Assembly (NCBI RefSeq): GCF_006345805.1
Contig: NC_043006.1
Span: 12,338,001 to 12,402,000 of the forward strand
Source: Octopus sinensis
Taxonomy: Eukaryota
Reading direction: 5' to 3'
Length of the DNA: 64,000 nucleotides
Part shown: positions 55,715-64,000 of the stretch, one piece after another
Position numbering within the stretch: position 1 is the stretch's first letter
Layout: each line of letters opens with the position of its first letter
Program-made: the position numbers and the translations under genes
The notes under the pieces: generated by a model
Database searches by the model: none
What the model was told of the DNA's origin: nothing
The model's input: only the letters and a program-made list of their open reading frames with translations

Positions 55715-56818
55715 TATGCATATATATATATATAAAACAAACACTCACATAAATACACAGAGTTAACCTAGGCATGATCTCGACACATTGATGTAAGGTT
55801 ACTCAAAACTGTGTCTTTGAAACGTGAGACTCGTGCAGTTGGAAAATATTTATGACAAAATGTCGAAACTTAATCAAAAATTGCATAATCATAGGTATAG
55901 TTAACCGTTGTAATACTATCTTCAACACATAACAAACTGTATAAGAGTATAAGTTAATTAATCACAGCTGTAGGCGGTGTTACATTCATTCATCTAAATA
56001 TTTTAACTTAAAATATAACAGATTTCCAAGCAGGACGGGTAACTATTGAACGTCTTTGTAATGACTGAAAAGTTATTCACCGCTGATATCTACAACGATT
56101 CTTTAAAGTATACACTGTCAAATACATGAAACCAAATGGAGGATACGTATTCATTATGCATGATGGTTATTGTAAATCATTGGTTTCGTCGGTCTTATTA
56201 ACCGACATTTATGAGAACTTGCGTGTTGTAGGTTTACAACACTTTTAACAATAACAGCAATAGCCACAACATTGCTTTTGTTTTGATGTTTTCCTTTGGG
56301 TGATCTTACAGCACTTCAGCGTTAGTGTAACGATTGAAGATTGTTGTAATGAGAAGCTACTCAATCTTCAGCACTCACAATACTGACGGAATCAGCCCTC
56401 TTCATTGATGACGCAGCTCTCTCTCTCGCATACACAATGGACTACAATAGATGCATTGTGAACCTGTTCTCAGAAGCAGGTAATTAATTAGATTAATCCT
56501 TAAAACGTGTAGGCCCATAATTTTCACTAATGTCATTAAACCACTCGCAGTTAGGGAGTCAGACTTTCTTTTTCGTTTTCGAGAAGAAAATCACTAACTA
56601 CTTTAAGAACGCGCTAGCTCAGCTACGTGGTTAACACATTCTGTTCGCATACACAAGGTTCCAGATTTGATCCTTCCACGCAGCACCTTGGACAAATCAT
56701 TTCTAATACAGCGTCAGGTAGACCAATGCTTAATGAGTTGATGCATGCTGTGCTGTGGCCCGGAATGCACACATTGTCTCACATGCACGAACACACAAAT
56801 ACATACATACATACATAT

Positions 56819-57331
56819 TGTGACCCCCTTCATTCATGAATGACCATGGGATTGCACCTAGAAAGTTACCTTCCGAGGCACAAGTCTGGGCAAGGATGTT
56901 TATGGAAGACCAGCAGTCACCCACCCAGCCCAGTCTCCTCTCTCCACGCCACCGATGTTATCCAAGGGAAAGACAACAGCAGATACAGCTTGGCACCAGT
57001 GACGTCGCAGATCATTTATTAACGTGCAAGTGGCTGAGCACTCCACATACACGTGTACCTTTAACGCAGTTCTCGGGGGAGATTTAGCATGACAGAGAGT
57101 GTGACAAGGCTGGCCCTTTGAAATACGGGTACAACAGAAACAGGAAGAAAGAGTGAGAGAAAGTCGTGGTGAAAGAGTACAGCAGGGTTCGCCACCACCC
57201 ACCGCCGGAGCCTCGTGGAGCTTTAGGTGTTTTCGCTCAATAAACACTCACAACGCCCGGTCAGGGAATCGAAACCGCGATCCTACGACCGCGACTCCGC
57301 TGCCCTAACCATTGGGCAATTGCGTCTCCAC
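56819..57331 (-). mobile_element. Chimeric SINE H2 (family-C head and body plus tail H)
   Basis: 57331-57018 matches family C up to cacttgcacgttaat, then switches to the tail shared with 19003-19195. Confidence 0.85.
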
Positions 57332-57670
57332 ACATACATACATACATACATACATGCATGCATACATACATACATACATACATACATACATACATACATG
57401 CATGCATGCATACATACATACATACATACATACATACATACATACATAACATACATACATACATACATACGCGCATAGATTCAGAAATGTCTCTGACAAA
57501 AGTAGTGTTAATTAATTTAGGTCGTTCAATTTCTCTCAACTGATCAATAGTCCAACTGAATATTACTATCAGGAACGTACCTATAATGACCACTGTAATA
57601 CAAATCTGCTCTAAAATAAAGAAAGCTATTTACTGAGTATTATTATACCGCGTCACACACACACACACAC

Positions 57671-57948
57671 ATGGGTCAAAACAGCTTGATTCAAATTCGT
57701 TGGTACTCTTGAGTTTCAAGCGTGATGCTAGTCGTCATAGCATCGAGCTTGAAGCTCAAGAGTACCAACGAATTTAAATCTGTTTTTATCCATATATGTA
57801 ACTCCCAATAAATTGGTTGAGTATATATATATATTGATAAAAATGGTAAGATAACGAAAGAATGAAAGAGACCCCGATATTATGTAAATAGAGGAATTTA
57901 TCTGTAAGTGTACTAGCTACCGAATAATTGTCACATATTTCAGTTAAG
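57671..57948. mobile_element. Short fold-back element (hairpin 57671-57793 plus tail) containing an HHR 3' half
   Basis: Arms about 60 nt with 7-nt loop gtcgtca. Arms read GAA(A/G)-CUC aa GAG-UA|CCAACG. Flanked by (CA)n and (TA)n. Confidence 0.6.
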
Positions 57949-57969
57949 ATATATATATATATATATATA

Positions 57970-58200
57970 TATTTCTTTACTGCCCACAAGGGGCTAAACA
58001 TAGAGGGGACAAACAAGGACAGACAAAGGGATTAAGTCGATTACATCGACCCCAGTGCGAAACTGGTACTTTATTTATCGACCCCGAAAGGATGAAGGGC
58101 AAAGTCGACCTCGGCGGAATTTGAACTCAGAACGTAACAACAGACGAAATACCGCTAAGCATTTCGCCCGGCGCGCTAACGTTTCTGCCAGCTCGCCGCC
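57970..58200 (-). mobile_element. SINE family A (young monomer) within (TA)n
   Basis: Close match to the other full family A copies. Confidence 0.9.
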
Positions 58201-58235
<35 letters not shown>

Positions 58236-58806
58236 ATAATAGAGGTGGCTTGTTCGCAATTTTACAACCGAAAGGCAAAAATATGTCATTAAAGTGACTG
58301 AGGGCACTAGTCAGCACCATTATTGCTAGAAATAAGAGTTAAAACATACAGTGTGTGAGTCTCTGTGTCTATACGCCTATAATGATCAGTGTAATCCAAA
58401 ATTGCTCTAATAAAAGAAGACTATTTACTGAGTATTATTTATACCGCGTTACACAGAAACACACGTATTCTTTCGTCGATGTGTTCATCTTTGCGAATAC
58501 CGATAAAATGCGGCTTTATAAAAACAGAAGACCCCATGGTTTCCGCTCAAATTTAAAGACTTCTTGTCATTCTAATGTCGCTCTCTCCTTTGTCAATGCA
58601 ATGAATCATTAATTGGATCGTTATACAACACCAACCAATGAATCTATGGTTTACAAGTAACGATAGACATCAAAAGAATCATTAAACATGCGCGTCACAT
58701 CAGAGGAGGTTCAACACGCAAAATAATTCTTTAGTGTTCAGCCTGCCACAAACTCGAGAAGAATACGAGGTAACTGTCGCTCGTTGATTACAAGCAACGC
58801 AAATTA

Positions 58807-59360
58807 TTGGGTTGTCCGGAAAGTTCGTGCCGATTTATAGTAGCTTACCTTTCGACTTATTTTAAAACATGGTTGAGTCCATAAAATAGGATTTGATTAC
58901 ACCTCCATTTAGAGCATAGTTTAACCTATCTTTTCGAGGAAGAAGGATTATGTTCCAATAACCTGTGTTAATTTTGTACCCTTTAAAATGGAAGATAAGA
59001 AAGTTCATTTTCGGCACTTGATGCTTTGGGAACCAGAGAAAAAAATGATGCAGCTCGGCTGAGATATGTTACCCTAATCTCCATATTCACCAGATATTTC
59101 TCTTTCGGGTTTCCACTTAATTAGGACTCTGCAGAATAGTTTTAATGGTAAACATTTCAATTCTTTGGATGACGTTAAAAGATACCTTGATGAATTCTTT
59201 GCCATGAAACCACCTCAATTCTGGGAAGAGGGTATTTTCAAGTTAAAGGGTATTTTCAAATTAAAGGAAAGATATTTGGTTGGTTAAAAATGTAAAGGCA
59301 AGTATTTATTGACCTTTTTCTTTCCTTTAAAAATCGACACGAACTTTCCGTACAACCCAA
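58807..59360 (+). mobile_element. Internally deleted mariner (mellifera-like) with TIRs and TA TSD
   Basis: TIR ttgggttgtccggaaagttcgtgccgattt / aaatcgacacgaactttccgtacaacccaa; TA at 58805-58806 and 59361-59362. MEDKKVHFRHLMLW from 58988 is joined to PYSPDI..LQNSFNGKHF..FWEEGIFKL. Confidence 0.9.
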
Positions 59361-59623
59361 TAATTTGTACAGGCGTTAACATATTTAAAAAATATATAAT
59401 GGCGTGCCGGAGTAAAACAGCAGCAACAAGAACAATTACAACAAATGCGGTGGTATCCAAATGAAAGACGGGATTGGAGTTCCATTAGTGATGCACAAAC
59501 AAATACATTCGCGATACACATAGTGACGCAAACACAAGCACACACAAACATACACACACACACACACACAAACACACACATAACAACACACCACTCACAC
59601 ACACACACACACACACATACACA

Positions 59624-59723
59624 NNNNNNNNNNNNNNNNNNNNNNNNNNNNNNNNNNNNNNNNNNNNNNNNNNNNNNNNNNNNNNNNNNNNNNNNNNNNN
59701 NNNNNNNNNNNNNNNNNNNNNNN
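59624..59723. other. Assembly gap (100 N)
   Basis: Run of N. Confidence 1.
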
Positions 59724-59975
59724 GCCGTGTGATAATCAATCAAGTGAACCTCTTATGGTTTAGCTGTTATATATTATGGTTTGTTTGTTTCTAGAATAAA
59801 TATTTTACGTTTTCTTATGCATCGTAGTTTTTAATATAGGGGTTAATTATTTAATTTGACTTATTTTCACAGTTACAAACTAAAATAGGCCTCAATTATT
59901 TTATTTCATATTTATATAATAATAATTGATTATTATTCGTATAAATTGATTATCATTATTGTTGTTGTTATTATA

Positions 59976-60019
<44 letters not shown>

Positions 60020-60028
60020 TTAATAATA

Positions 60029-60079
<51 letters not shown>

Positions 60080-60285
60080 GACGAGCTGGCAGAATCTTAA
60101 GCGCACTGGACGATATGCTTAGCGGTATTTTGTCCGTGCTTACGTTCTGAGTTCGAATTCCATCAAGGCCAACTTTGCCTTTCATCCTTTCGGTGTCGAT
60201 AAATTAACTGGCAGTGAAACACTAGGGTCGATATAATTGACTTATCTCGTCCCCCAAAATGGCTGCCTTGTGGAGAAATTTGAAA
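60080..60285 (+). mobile_element. SINE family A variant (older inverted copies at about 60436-60625 and 60770-60845)
   Basis: gagctggcagaatc..gttctgagttcgaattcc..gcctttcatcctttcgg. Confidence 0.8.
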
Positions 60286-60321
60286 CCATCACTACTACTA
60301 CTACTACTACTACTACTGCTG

Positions 60322-60368
<47 letters not shown>

Positions 60369-61126
60369 GCTACTACTACCACCACCACTACTACGAAACT
60401 ATATTATTATATCATATTAGTATAAGCATAATATTGATTTCAAATTTTGGCAAATTCGGGTAAACGGGTAAGTTGATTACCTCAAACCTAGGGCCCAGCC
60501 TAGTACTTATTTTATCGCTACTGCAAGTTTGAAAGACAAAGTCAACCTCGGTGGAACTTGCACACTTTGAATAACGCTAATGATGTTGCGCGGCGTGCTA
60601 ACGATTGTGCCAACTTGTCGCCCTTAAGATAACCATGATATTAATATAGTGTGAGTAGAATTAGTAATAGTAGAAAGTTCCATATTATGCAGTTGGATAT
60701 CGTCGATTATTGGCATTGATATTCGACTGGAGCTTTGATGAATCATGCGCTCGGGATGATGAAAACAAAAGCTCCTGGGAATTTGAATTCAGACCATGTG
60801 TAACTAAATACAAGAAATCTGCTCGGCGCACTAACGAATCTGCCAATACAAAATTAGCAATTATTAATTCAAAGCAATTGTTTACGGCTTCCTTTATGTT
60901 ATCGATGGTTATTATGTTAGTAATTTTAATTGCATACTTGAAGCTTTAATGAAGGCATATGTTTAGGTTGTTCCGCTATTGTTATAAATTTGTGAGTCCA
61001 GTTATTGAAACTTGCTGTACGTTTCGCACTTGAGCAGGAACTTACTTTCACGATGATCCACTCTACTTAGCTGTAAAATCTTCTTTCAACTGCCACATCC
61101 CGTATATTCCATTGGTTCAAGTGTGC

Positions 61127-61158
<32 letters not shown>

Positions 61159-62929
61159 TGGGAGGTGTTCCTATGTTTGCTCGCGACTACATAGGCACCT
61201 AAGGGAATTACAGAAAGTATGGAACTTGTTTGCAAGCAATACTCGCTTGTCAGTGAAAGCTGACGGTACTACACAGCCCTCACAGCCACGTGAATTTACA
61301 ATACTTTTGATAAATTGGTTTAAAAATGGTGTTGATGATAATGGTCAATGAATGTTGGATTATTTAGAAATGTTGTCACCAGATAATTTAGAGAAATATT
61401 CAAGTTGTATTGTATAATATCATGAGACCAAGTGAAACAGAAAAGAAGAAAAAAATTGAACTAAAATTTTACTCCTAGATTTTAAAATTTTATTCTTGTA
61501 AATCGTGTCTATTTTACACACCAGGATAGTAATTTTCCCAATTATTCTAAAACATTTAATCTCTCTAATGAATAACCGATTAGAGAGTCGGCTTGTACTC
61601 TTAAGTTTTGTAATACTATAGAAATTATCAGAATAAGTCATATCACCGTTACAATGTACCTTAAAAAAACATGTATCTTTTCAAATACCATTCTGTAAGA
61701 CTGGGGCATACAACTTAGAACATAATAAATAAATAAATGCATGCATACATGCATAGATAAAACAAAACTGCCAAATATCGTTGTGTGTAACCACGAAGAA
61801 AAGATATATTCTGTTGTGGAAATCAGCTGCCCTCTGCACACAAGTGTGGTTAGACAATACAAGAGAAAGAGGACATCTGTTGACCATTGACAAGAGGTTT
61901 CCAAATCCAGTACCCAAGATACTCTTTCAGCTTCATGCGTATTATTAGTTTAGCAAAAAGATACATACCAGCCCGTCTGGAGCAAAGTATGGCTGAATTG
62001 GGGATCTTGGGGAAACAATACAAATCATATGTTACAAATGATCGCGATATCTGAGACTATAAAAATATGCAAGACCTCCTTAAGTTTTTAAGGATGACGG
62101 TCAAAAGAAGACACTTTCCTCCACAAACTCGCTAGCATGTAGGTGGCCAAAATTTCCTCTATAATTTAAAAGAGAAAGAGAACATACACACACACACTTA
62201 ATCATGCACTCATTCTTTTCACTTCTTCATTCATTCACTTTATAAAAGACACGGTGGTGATCACTTGGCGAAAATTACAGGGCGTTACACAGGTTGCTTC
62301 ACAATATATGGCAGCATCAATTTTTGTGTAGAACGTTAATAACCTTCCTAGATCGTTTCTGTCCAGTAGATTATGATAAAAAAAAAATCTATACCAGACA
62401 TATACGGGTATTGATTATATCGATTATATCTGTATTCTACAAATATCTGATCTTTATAATTGCGTTGCTGTTGTTTAGCCATGGGTCGATGCTGATGGAG
62501 CTCAACTACTCTATGATTTAAGCAATTCAGCCGTGAACATTATAACATTTCAGTCAAAATTCAGCCAGGATTTTGAGAACCGAGGATTTGCATGCCTTTT
62601 TTTAAGAGGATGTTGTGGGATATAAGAGTATTTATTTGCTATTTCTTGCAATTACTGTGACTCTATGCATCCTTCCATGCTTTCCAGCATGCCAAAAAAT
62701 TCCTAATAAATTTCAGCGATTGAATAGACTTTAAAGTGTACTCAGAGACCCTGTGGCACCACAACAAAAACAATTGCTGTTGTTATTGTCGTTTAGTATA
62801 AGGTCGTCCATAACAGAGTAGGTCTATATACTAAGCATAACTGCAACGGCGGCCATTTCGTATTTTCAATAGTTCATATTCCATGTCCCCGTACTCCGTA
62901 TGTTTTGTTGTACACGTTTCATGACGTCT

Positions 62930-63111
62930 TGTGCCTTTTTCTCTCCTTCTTTCTGTGTTTTTTTCTCTCTGTGTATCTTTCTGTTGAAGAGCGTAGGCTC
63001 GAAACGTTAAAGACTTGTTTTATTTATATTTCCTGAGCGCCATACTAATACAATTGTTTGTTTGTTTTCCACCTGCCTTCGTCTTTTGTCTATTTTCATA
63101 AAGCTTCCCGT
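62930..63111 (+). mobile_element. Family F element (F2); HHR-like motif at 62975-63014
   Basis: ucuuu-CUGUUGA(62981-62987)-a-GAGC guag GCUC-GAAA-CG-UU|aaaga; 3' end abuts (TA)n. Confidence 0.75.
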
Positions 63112-63127
63112 TATATATATATATATA

Positions 63128-63476
<349 letters not shown>

Positions 63477-63762
63477 GAGATCTACAATGTCTATGAAGAC
63501 ATTTAGAAATAATTTACTACTGTATGTCACAGCTACCCCCACAAATTCACAAACCACAACGGACTCCGCTGACGCTTTTATTTGGATTTGATTCATCTAG
63601 CGACTGAATTCTTAATATTTAGACTACTTTCACTAATTTTTCAGAAGTTCTAATATGAAGTTCTCATTTATCGTCGGCTTTTTGTCAGTTTTGTCATTAA
63701 CAAAATGACCTCTGCTGTTTGGTACATAGATGCCTCTAATATCCCAGTCTCCGGCGTATACG

Positions 63763-63793
<31 letters not shown>

Positions 63794-64000
63794 TAATCAC
63801 TAGCATTTTCACCGTCTCCGAAATTTCTTTGGTTCTCAGTCAAAGTACGGCTATGTGTGTTACAGCTAAACTCATAATATTGGGAAAAATAAACGCTTGT
63901 AACTAAAACTCCGAGAACTGTACTATTTCTAAAACCATGTTGATTCGGGAGGGGTAAATATAAAATCTAGGTTAACTTACAAGTTATTGAAACACAATTA

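Overview
AT-rich eukaryotic window with very dense microsatellites and no convincing host protein-coding exon; most listed ORFs come from simple repeats or repeat-element sequence. The repeat content looks like a coleoid cephalopod, probably Octopus (inferred from recognised repeat types, not verified). It contains dozens of tRNA-derived SINEs built from shuffled modules, several with 12-13 bp TSDs. It also has decayed Tc1/mariner elements, a TIR-bounded MITE with internal telomere-like repeats, LINE 3' fragments (RTE-BovB, probable Hero and Tx1), an (AAT)n-embedded repeat family and a 100-N gap. The main discovery is about 14 type-I hammerhead ribozyme (HHR) motifs. Nearly all lie in short ORF-less elements abutting (TA)n tracts, many with a head-to-head fold-back layout (one tail-less arm plus one arm with a 3' tail), which matches Penelope-like element (PLE) terminal repeats. 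At least five sequence-distinct lineages are present, one with a fixed non-canonical CUGU(A/U)GA core. All alignments and folds were done by eye.
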